Origin: Bdellovibrionota bacterium
Lineage (GTDB): Bacteria; Bdellovibrionota; UBA1018; UBA923
Direction: 5' to 3'
DNA length: 11,016 nucleotides
Assembly (NCBI GenBank): GCA_040754655.1
Contig: JBFMCE010000107.1
Coordinates: 1 to 11,016, forward strand
Shown here one piece after another: positions 1 through 11,016 of this stretch. The notes beneath the pieces were generated by a model. It had not been told where the DNA came from and did not search any database. It saw only the letters and a program-made list of their open reading frames with translations. Position 1 is the first letter of the stretch. Each line of letters opens with the position of its first letter. Made by a program: the position numbers and the translations under genes.

Positions 1-90
1 ACACCAAAACCTGTTGTGCCGGCTCCACAGAAGACACGGGAGACGACGATCAGGGAGCCACGAAGCTATTTCTCTGGCGGTAAGTTTTAA
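1..90 (+). CDS. Possible 3' end of a convergent gene of unknown function (partial)
   Basis: Frame 1 is open from base 1 to TAA at 88-90 (TPKPVVPAPQKTRETTIREPRSYFSGGKF*). It is followed by hairpins and a terminator with a T-tract on the + strand. The other two + frames are also open for 80-165 nt, so the frame is uncertain. Confidence 0.35.
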   Translation, partial: TPKPVVPAPQKTRETTIREPRSYFSGGKF

Positions 91-118
91 AGTTCAACTG
101 ATTGGGTTGTTAGAGGGA

Positions 119-171
119 GCGGGTTTTACTAAAAACCCGTCATCTTTTCTTAAAAAGATTTTTTAAGAAGA
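119..171. repeat. Two adjacent inverted repeats (hairpins)
   Basis: CGGGTTTT-acta-AAAACCCG (120-139, 8-bp stem) and TTCTTAAAAA-gat-TTTTTAAGAA (147-169, 10-bp stem). The first may help terminate the + strand gene. Confidence 0.6.
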
Positions 172-174
172 AAT

Positions 175-212
175 AAAAAAGGAGTGGGACGAAAATCCCA
201 CTCCTTTTTTTT
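175..212. terminator. Bidirectional Rho-independent terminator
   Basis: A6 (175-180), GGAGTGGGA (181-189), 6-nt loop, TCCCACTCC (196-204), T8 (205-212). Perfect 9-bp stem with U-tracts on both strands, about 65 nt downstream of the atpE stop. Confidence 0.92.
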
Positions 213-275
213 GCCTTTTGTAGCCTTTCGAATAAATCGAAAACTACTACTTTCGGATTTTCAGTAAAAATCAGA

Positions 276-590
276 TCAGCCTGTCTTGATTTTCACGAAA
301 GTCACCAGCCACGCCAAAATCACAAGTGATTCGATCAGCGCGAGACCGAGAATCATCGGAACAAACAGCTTGTCTGCTGCTGCTGGGTTGCGGCCAATGC
401 CCTCAAGAGCTGCACTCGCCGTGCGACCTTGTCCCATAGCGCCACCAAATACTGCGATTGCAATGCCGATACCTGCGCCTAGTGATGCAAATGCGTCGCT
501 AGCTCCACCATGTCCTTCTTGCGCAAACGCGAGCGTGGCAAACATGAAGGTAGCAATTGCCACCAAGAAAACTCTTACGTTGCCGTTCAT
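276..590 (-). CDS. atpE: F0F1 ATP synthase subunit c with N-terminal signal-like extension
   Basis: Gly-rich helix (LGAGIGIAIAVFGGAMGQG), RNP loop, ion-binding Glu87 in LALIESL, strong SD (GAAAGGAG) upstream, follows atpB. Confidence 0.97.
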   Translation of the reverse strand: MNGNVRVFLVAIATFMFATLAFAQEGHGGASDAFASLGAGIGIAIAVFGGAMGQGRTASAALEGIGRNPAAADKLFVPMILGLALIESLVILAWLVTFVKIKTG

Positions 591-596
591 TCTGAT

Positions 597-604
597 CTCC
601 TTTC
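597..604 (-). promoter_or_regulatory. Strong Shine-Dalgarno site of atpE
   Basis: Minus strand reads GAAAGGAG-atcaga-ATG(590), preceded by an A/U-rich spacer (605-629). Confidence 0.85.
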
Positions 605-629
605 AATAATTCCTATTTTCTGTTCTTTT

Positions 630-1337
630 TTAGTGATCGTGAGCTGTAGACAGATTGATGTAAACCATCGTCAGCAAACAAAACACGAAAGCCTGGATGA
701 ATGATACAAACAGGCCCATTCCATAAAAAATAACCGGAAGCACATAAGGTACCGCCAGCGAATGGAAAGTTTCTAAAATCAAGTGATCCGCCATGATGTT
801 CCCGCGCAGACGCAGCCCTAAAGTCATCGGGCGGAAGAGGTGTGACATGATCTCAATGATCAAAAGCAAGGGAGCAAGATACCAAACCGGCCCCAAAAAG
901 TGCTTGAGATATCCGACGCCGTTGGCTTTAAAACCTTGCCAGTTGTAATAAAAAAACACGAAAAGACCTGCTGCAAACGTGACATTGATGTTGTCAGTCG
1001 GAGGAGTGAAACCAGGGATCAATCCCATTAAATTCGATGCAAAAATAAAGATGAATAAGGTCGCTACTACCGGAAAATACTGTTCTGCTCCGTGGTGCCC
1101 GAGTACGTTCTCCGTAAGGCCGTAGAGTTTTTCAGCAAGAATGTCGAAAAAGTTGCGATAAGTCAGGCGTCCTTCAGGAATCGTTACATCGCCTGCGGCT
1201 TTCAGCTTTAGTGTGGCTACTGATCCTAAAACAACAACAAGAATGGCCACTAACGCTGCCATGAGCAAATGCGTTGGCGCATGTTCCAAACCTGGGATGA
1301 GATTCAACCAGTTAAACGCTTGATGGTGTCCGTGCAT
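630..1337 (-). CDS. atpB: F0F1 ATP synthase subunit a
   Basis: Hydrophobic 235-aa protein with SNLMGLIPG, PPTDNINVT, RPMTLGLRLRGN (essential Arg helix) and FIQAFVFCLLT..Y motifs. Confidence 0.97.
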   Translation of the reverse strand: MHGHHQAFNWLNLIPGLEHAPTHLLMAALVAILVVVLGSVATLKLKAAGDVTIPEGRLTYRNFFDILAEKLYGLTENVLGHHGAEQYFPVVATLFIFIFASNLMGLIPGFTPPTDNINVTFAAGLFVFFYYNWQGFKANGVGYLKHFLGPVWYLAPLLLIIEIMSHLFRPMTLGLRLRGNIMADHLILETFHSLAVPYVLPVIFYGMGLFVSFIQAFVFCLLTMVYINLSTAHDH

Positions 1338-1710
1338 AAACCAACTCTTTTATTCCTAAACCAAGCCCTGCGAATACGATTGTGATCAATCCCACCAAAA
1401 ATGGGACTCCTTGAATCCAAGCCGTCATCGACAGAACTGCAATCACCCCACCCCAGAATGCAAACTTTCCAACGAGCATTCCGTAAAAGATAGGATTGAG
1501 TTTTTCTCCTTTGAACACCGAGATCATGACATAAGTAAGGCGTTTGATGAGTTCTAAATTCACAATTGAAACCGCCCATCCCGCCAAAAACGACTTCCAA
1601 CCCTCAGATGTACTCAACGAAGCAAAGACCAAAATTCCGACGACCCCATAGGCGAGGTTCAATCGATTGATCCAACTAAGCTGTATCGTCGCCGTTTGAT
1701 TTTTCGTCAT
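1312..1710 (-). CDS. atpI: ATP synthase I chain (four-TM AtpI)
   Basis: About four hydrophobic segments, a conserved-type N (SIVNLELI) and K (LVGKFAF), directly upstream of atpB with a 26-nt overlap. ATG at 1710 (132 aa) is preferred over the ORF-track start at 1740. Confidence 0.8.
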   Translation of the reverse strand: MTKNQTATIQLSWINRLNLAYGVVGILVFASLSTSEGWKSFLAGWAVSIVNLELIKRLTYVMISVFKGEKLNPIFYGMLVGKFAFWGGVIAVLSMTAWIQGVPFLVGLITIVFAGLGLGIKELVYARTPSSV

Positions 1711-1915
1711 CTCGTGTGTAAATCCTATACAACCGAACAAAACCTACTACGAGTCCAACTAAAGTAAGAACTACGGTAAACCAAGGTTTTGTGCGTTGGA
1801 GCCAAAGATCCAATAAGTACCCAGCAATTGCTCCGCTAAAGATGCATGCGAGAAGTTCACTGACAGCAGCAAATCCCATTGCAAATTTACGGGCTGAGTT
1901 CTTATCTAAATTCAC
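1676..1915 (-). CDS. atpZ: AtpZ/AtpI-family two-TM ATP synthase accessory protein
   Basis: Family pattern G..IAGYLLD.W....PWF.V...LVG...GF..LYR, first gene of the Fo cluster. The start is uncertain (GTG 1915 or ATG 1879); the TTG at 1972 lies in a putative promoter. Confidence 0.8.
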   Translation of the reverse strand: MNLDKNSARKFAMGFAAVSELLACIFSGAIAGYLLDLWLQRTKPWFTVVLTLVGLVVGFVRLYRIYTRDDEKSNGDDTA

Positions 1916-1931
1916 TTTGAAACCAGCTGGT

Positions 1932-1972
1932 TTGTTAGCATGGGGTAGAAGGCTGGTCAACACAGATGTCAA
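1932..1972 (-). promoter_or_regulatory. Putative internal sigma70-type promoter for the Fo genes
   Basis: TTGACC (1960-1955) with a 17-nt spacer ending in TGc, then TAACAA (1937-1932); a perfect TTGACA lies 12 bp upstream (1972-1967). It occupies the longest intergenic gap of the cluster. The -10 lacks the final T. Confidence 0.4.
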
Positions 1973-1987
1973 CCAAGATGGTTGGGC

Positions 1988-2812
1988 TTAATGAGCTCGG
2001 GCTTTGCGTTCTTTGAGCCTTCGTATCTTTGCTTCAACGACGTTTTTAGAAGGGTGCTTTTCAATAATCTTTGAGTAAATTTCTAAGGCTTCATCAGGTT
2101 TGTTTTTTTCTTCATAACAGTTTCCAATCCCGAATTGCGCGAAAATGGCTTGTGGACTGTCCGGATGAAACTGCAACACATCTTCAAAAGCATCGATCGC
2201 GAGGTCAATATCGCCCTTGGTATAATAGGTATTTCCAATTTGGTAGAGTGCCTCAGGTGCTAACGGGCTTTTGGGAAATTCAGAGAATACCTGTCTGTAG
2301 TACTTGATCGCCTGAACAAAATCTAAGGTGCTGTAATATCCCTTAGCCAAACGTAAGGTGAAGAAATCGCGCTCTTTTGACTGCGGATACTTCTCTAAGA
2401 GTTTCTTATATTGTTCGGTGGCCATGCGATAGTCTTCTAGTTTTGTGAAATAGATCTCACCAATGCTCTTTTCAGCTTGATAAACAAGGTCTTGATTCTG
2501 GGAAACAACTACAAATTTCCTGAAGTTCTTGACTGATTCACTATAATTATCGAGATAAAGGTACTGAATCACAGCAATCCGAAATAACGCCTGTTGAGCG
2601 ATGAGCCCGCGAGGGTCGGCATCGATGATCTTTTGGAACTCACTGACCGCTGCTTCATACTTTCGGTCATTGAACAATCTTTCGGCGAGAATATATTGGT
2701 TTTTTCCCGCAGAAGAATTGCAAGCCACCAAGGTCAGAACCGATAGAAGTGTCGCTGCAAGTGTTCTCGTTTTAATGAACCGGGCCTGACTCCGGGGTTG
2801 TTCCTTGGCCAT
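1988..2812 (-). CDS. Tetratricopeptide-repeat lipoprotein (BamD/CpoB-like fold)
   Basis: Basic N-region, hydrophobic core and lipobox LVA-C31, followed by about six TPR motifs (e.g. EALYQIGNTYYTKGDIDLAIDAFEDVLQFHPDS). Overlaps gyrA by 41 nt. Confidence 0.85.
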   Translation of the reverse strand: MAKEQPRSQARFIKTRTLAATLLSVLTLVACNSSAGKNQYILAERLFNDRKYEAAVSEFQKIIDADPRGLIAQQALFRIAVIQYLYLDNYSESVKNFRKFVVVSQNQDLVYQAEKSIGEIYFTKLEDYRMATEQYKKLLEKYPQSKERDFFTLRLAKGYYSTLDFVQAIKYYRQVFSEFPKSPLAPEALYQIGNTYYTKGDIDLAIDAFEDVLQFHPDSPQAIFAQFGIGNCYEEKNKPDEALEIYSKIIEKHPSKNVVEAKIRRLKERKARAH

Positions 2813-5291
2813 TGGTCAGAGCGTCCCCATTTCCGCTCTCATCTTCTTCACTATCGGCCAAGTGCTCAATGCTGACAACACGTTCGTTCTCATTCACATT
2901 GATGAGGCGAACCCCTTGGGTAACTCTACCCATCGAGCGAATTTCGGCGATATGGATTCGAATGAGTTTTCCCTTATCCGTGATGATCATAAGATCATCT
3001 TTGTCGGTAACAACTTTGGTTCCCATCACGAGGCCGGCTTTATCACTGGTCTTCATCGTAATGATGCCTTTTCCGCCACGCGATTGGATGCGAAACTCTT
3101 CCGGTTCGGTACGTTTGCCGTAACCAAGGTCGGTCACTGTCAAAATCGTCAGTGCTTTATCGTTTGGATCCAACGCTTCGACACCCACGACGGTGTCACC
3201 CTCATCCAACTCGAAACCACGCACTCCGCGAGCGCCGCGTCCCATCGAACGAACGTCTTGCTCATCAAAACGAATGCTCATTCCACTCTTGGAACAAAGA
3301 AAAATATGTTGTTTGCCATTCGTAAGCTTCGCCGCAGCCAGCTCATCGCCTTCATCGATAGTGAGGGCAATAATCCCGGCGGCCCGCGGGTTTGAGAACT
3401 GGCTAAGCTCGGTTTTCTTGATCACGCCCTTGCGGGTCACCATCACGACATATTGGTCGTCGCGGAATTCGCGAACAGGCAAGATCGCCCTTATGCTCTC
3501 GTGAGGTTCCAGGTTCACGAGATTCACGATGGCTTTGCCTTTAGAAGTACGTGTTCCCTCTGGAATCTTATAAACCTTGAGCCAGTGCAACCTGCCTTTA
3601 TCTGTGAAGCAGAGTAGGTAACTTAAGCTCGTAGTTTTAAAGATCGAAGATACAAAATCCTCTTCAGCCGTCGTGATGCCCTTCACGCCCTTGCCACCGC
3701 GTCGTTGGCTGCGATAGATCGTGGGACTCGAACGTTTCACGTAGCCCGTGTGAGTGATCGCAACGATCATTTCTTCATCAGAGATCAGGTCTTCGTCTTC
3801 AAGACCTTGACCCGTTCCTTCGATGATCTCGGTGCGTCTCTCATCACCATAATCTTTCTTAAGTTCTTCCATCTCGCCAATGACGATGTTCAAGACGAGC
3901 TTATCTGAATCCAAGATAGTCCTCAGTCTCTCAATGAGAGCAAGCGTCTCGTTGTATTCCGCAACGATCTTCTCGCGCTCAAGGCCTGTGAGGCGTTGTA
4001 AACGCATGTCAAGAATCGCTTGAGCTTGAATTTCGCTGAAACTAAACTGCTTGATCAATCCCGAGCGCGCTTCATCTGGATTCTTGGCAGCTCGGATCAG
4101 GCTGACCACGTCGTCGAGGTTCTCAATCGCCTTTTTCAAGCCCTCTAAGATATGGGCACGAGCTTCCGCTTTCTTGAGGTCGTAAATCGTGCGGCGAACG
4201 ACGATTTCCCTGCGATGCTCGATGAAAGCCTGCAGCATGTCTTTTAAGTTAAAGACCTTGGGTTGATTGTTATGCAAAGCCAGCATGATGATGCCGAAAC
4301 TGTCTTGCATTTGCGTGAGCTTGTAGAGGCGATTCAAGATCACCTGAGAATTCTCGCCCTTTTTAAGTTCAATCACGATGCGCATGCCGGTGCGGTCAGA
4401 CTCATCGCGCAGGTCAGAAATTCCTTCAATGCGTTTGTCGCGCACAAGCTCTGCGATCTTCTCGATGAGCTTGGCTTTATTCACTTGATAAGGAAGCTCC
4501 GTTACGATGATCGCTTCCTTGTCACCCTTCTTCGAGCTTTCAATTTTGGTCTTGGCTCGAAGCTGAATGACGCCTTTACCTGTGCGGTAAGCCGATTTTA
4601 CGCCATCTAATCCACAGATATATCCACCTGTGGGGAAATCTGGGCCTTTGATGTGTTCACAGAGATCCTCGATGGTGACTGATGGGTCTCGGATCAACTT
4701 CACGATCGCGTCGCATACTTCAGTGAGATTGTGCGGCGGAATGTTCGTCGCCATACCAACCGCGATGCCACTCGCTCCGTTCACGATGAGATTCGGGATC
4801 TTTGATGGCATGACCAAAGGTTCTTTTAACGAATCGTCATAGTTCGGCCCGAAATCAACGGTTTCTCTGTCGATGTCCGACAAAACCTCGTCAGCGATGC
4901 GATCCATGCGAACTTCGGTATACCGCATCGCCGCTGGGCTATCGCCGTCGATCGAACCGAAGTTGCCTTGGCCATCGATCAATGGGTAGCGCAACGAAAA
5001 GTCTTGGGCCATTCGAACGATCGTGTCGTAAACAGCCGTATCACCATGGGGATGGTACTTACCGATCACATCCCCTACGACGCGCGCTGATTTCTTGTAC
5101 GGCTTGTTATAAGCATTTCCCAAATCATACATCGCGAAAAGCACGCGGCGATGCACTGGTTTCAAACCGTCCCTTACATCAGGAAGCGCGCGGCCCACGA
5201 TCACGCTCATCGCGTAATCGAGGTATGCTCCCCGCATTTCGTCTTCAATATTGACTAACACGCTATTTTTTTCGACGTGTTGTTGTTCCAT
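2772..5291 (-). CDS. gyrA: DNA gyrase subunit A
   Basis: [22 protein letters not shown], catalytic AAMRY124TE, intact GyrA-box QRRGGKG (3687-3707) distinguishing it from ParC, beta-pinwheel repeats, short acidic tail. SD GGAAGGA 9 nt upstream. Confidence 0.99.
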   Translation of the reverse strand: MEQQHVEKNSVLVNIEDEMRGAYLDYAMSVIVGRALPDVRDGLKPVHRRVLFAMYDLGNAYNKPYKKSARVVGDVIGKYHPHGDTAVYDTIVRMAQDFSLRYPLIDGQGNFGSIDGDSPAAMRYTEVRMDRIADEVLSDIDRETVDFGPNYDDSLKEPLVMPSKIPNLIVNGASGIAVGMATNIPPHNLTEVCDAIVKLIRDPSVTIEDLCEHIKGPDFPTGGYICGLDGVKSAYRTGKGVIQLRAKTKIESSKKGDKEAIIVTELPYQVNKAKLIEKIAELVRDKRIEGISDLRDESDRTGMRIVIELKKGENSQVILNRLYKLTQMQDSFGIIMLALHNNQPKVFNLKDMLQAFIEHRREIVVRRTIYDLKKAEARAHILEGLKKAIENLDDVVSLIRAAKNPDEARSGLIKQFSFSEIQAQAILDMRLQRLTGLEREKIVAEYNETLALIERLRTILDSDKLVLNIVIGEMEELKKDYGDERRTEIIEGTGQGLEDEDLISDEEMIVAITHTGYVKRSSPTIYRSQRRGGKGVKGITTAEEDFVSSIFKTTSLSYLLCFTDKGRLHWLKVYKIPEGTRTSKGKAIVNLVNLEPHESIRAILPVREFRDDQYVVMVTRKGVIKKTELSQFSNPRAAGIIALTIDEGDELAAAKLTNGKQHIFLCSKSGMSIRFDEQDVRSMGRGARGVRGFELDEGDTVVGVEALDPNDKALTILTVTDLGYGKRTEPEEFRIQSRGGKGIITMKTSDKAGLVMGTKVVTDKDDLMIITDKGKLIRIHIAEIRSMGRVTQGVRLINVNENERVVSIEHLADSEEDESGNGDALTNGQGTTPESGPVH

Positions 5292-5315
5292 CTTTCAGAT
5301 TCCTTCCAAAATTTT

Positions 5316-9871
<4,556 letters not shown>

Positions 9872-9886
9872 GCTTCTAAACGCTTT

Positions 9887-10999
9887 TTAAATGCGCATTG
9901 GCATCACGATGTAAGTATAATCGCTCTTCCCATAGGGCTTTAGCAAACCGGGGCTGAGTTTATCATTGAGATCGAGGGTGATTTTCTCGGCATCCAATAT
10001 CGATAAACATTCGATGATATACCGCGCGTTAAATCCTATTTCTAACGGGTCCGTGCCGCCATATTCGGCATCGATCTCTTCTTTTGCATCCCCAAGATCA
10101 GGATTGCTTGAAGTAATGGTAACCAAATTGTTTTGAAGCGATAATTTGACGCCTCGACTCTTTTCATTTGCTAGCAATGAAACGCGGCGAAGGCTTCCCA
10201 AAAACTCTTCTCGATCAACGACAAGGCGTTTTTCATTTTTCTTGGGGATAACTTGCTCATAGTCTGGATAATCGCCCTCAATCAGACGAACAAAAAGAAG
10301 GGTTTTTTCCAACTTCACGAGCAGACTGCCTTTATCAAGCGCGAGAGAGAAGCTCTCGGCTTTGTCATCGAGCAACCTGCGAAGCTCCGAGAGACCTTTC
10401 TTGGGAATGATTATTCCTCGCTTGAATTGATCTGCCCCGGTTAAAAAGAGCTCTTTATCAATAAAGGCCAGGCGATGCCCGTCAGTAGAAACCATCCTCA
10501 TCAAATTGTTTTCAACCGCTTCGAAATAAACACCGTTCAAATGATAGCGCGTTTCATCGGTGGATACCGAGAACAAGGTGCGATCAATCATTTCACGTGC
10601 CGCTGCAGAATTGACGACGAGATAATTCTTATTGTCGAAAGAGGGTAGTGGAGGAAACTCATCTGCTCCTAAACCAACCAGATTGAATGTGGATTTTTGG
10701 CAAGAGATCTCTACCCAATTATTTTCTTTGCTTGAGAGGGTTACGGGTTTATTTGGAAGTTCTTTTACGATTTCCACAAGGCTCTTTGCAGAGAGAGCTA
10801 CTTTTCCTTCAGCGCCTTTCTCTATCGGAATGGAAACTTCTATTCCCACCTCTAGGTCTGTCGCTGTTAATGACAGTGTTTCTTTACTAGAGGACAATAA
10901 TACGTTGGAGAGGATCTGAACGGTGTTTTTTCTCTCTACGACGTTTTGAACTTTCTGTAGTGCTTCAAGAAATGTGTCTTTAGCTACTGTGAACTTCAT
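9887..10999 (-). CDS. dnaN: DNA polymerase III beta sliding clamp
   Basis: ATDLE, DETRYHLNGV, STDGHRL, RLIEGDYPDY, IGFNARY, C-terminal VMPMRI. ATG at 10999 (MKFTV..., 370 aa) preceded by AGGAAAGGG is preferred over GTG 11008. Confidence 0.99.
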   Translation of the reverse strand: MKFTVAKDTFLEALQKVQNVVERKNTVQILSNVLLSSSKETLSLTATDLEVGIEVSIPIEKGAEGKVALSAKSLVEIVKELPNKPVTLSSKENNWVEISCQKSTFNLVGLGADEFPPLPSFDNKNYLVVNSAAAREMIDRTLFSVSTDETRYHLNGVYFEAVENNLMRMVSTDGHRLAFIDKELFLTGADQFKRGIIIPKKGLSELRRLLDDKAESFSLALDKGSLLVKLEKTLLFVRLIEGDYPDYEQVIPKKNEKRLVVDREEFLGSLRRVSLLANEKSRGVKLSLQNNLVTITSSNPDLGDAKEEIDAEYGGTDPLEIGFNARYIIECLSILDAEKITLDLNDKLSPGLLKPYGKSDYTYIVMPMRI

Positions 11000-11016
11000 G
11001 GGGTGCACCCTTTCCT

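Noticed and set aside
286..704. + strand ORFs opposite atpE and atpB (286..609, 510..704)
   Set aside because: Antisense shadows of conserved genes with no recognisable motifs.
630..1337. His-rich termini of subunit a (MHGHH..., ...AHDH) as a metal-binding system
   Set aside because: Short His-rich tails are common on AtpB, and nothing else here supports a metal role.
1916..1972. N-terminal extension of the atpZ-like ORF from TTG 1972
   Set aside because: No SD, the peptide does not fit the family, and the TTG is part of a TTGACA hexamer. The region is better read as intergenic.
3733..3748. parS-like half sites (GTTTCACGT here, TTTCACGTG near 10591)
   Set aside because: Only one arm matches TGTTTCACGTGAAACA; the palindrome is absent.
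5025..5042. Thr at the GyrA Ser83-equivalent position (GDTAVYD) as quinolone resistance
   Set aside because: Thr is the wild-type residue in many bacteria (e.g. Pseudomonas) and the Asp87 equivalent is intact.
2805..5254. Long + strand ORFs antisense to gyrA (e.g. 2805..3395, 196 aa)
   Set aside because: Expected from codon bias on the opposite strand of a conserved gene; no domain signal.

Overview
Origin-proximal housekeeping block of a bacterial chromosome, entirely on the minus strand: dnaN - recF - gyrB - fabH - gyrA - TPR lipoprotein - atpZ-like - atpI - atpB - atpE, closed by a bidirectional intrinsic terminator. dnaA is expected just beyond the right edge (inference). Gene order, an Fo-only atp cluster and an N-terminally extended c subunit suggest a Bdellovibrionota or former deltaproteobacterial genome (inference from recalled gene orders, not a search). 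No mobile elements, CRISPR arrays or RNA genes were seen. Three things stand out. (1) A symmetric cluster of four DnaA boxes is written inside recF (9252-9294), next to an AT-rich tract and a near-consensus IHF site; further DnaA-box pairs with the same 12-bp period lie inside gyrB and, more weakly, gyrA. This is a candidate intragenic DARS/datA-like control element. (2) A FabH gene sits between gyrB and gyrA and overlaps gyrB. (3) A candidate regulated internal promoter for the Fo genes carries a 12-bp tandem repeat and a perfect 14-bp palindrome.
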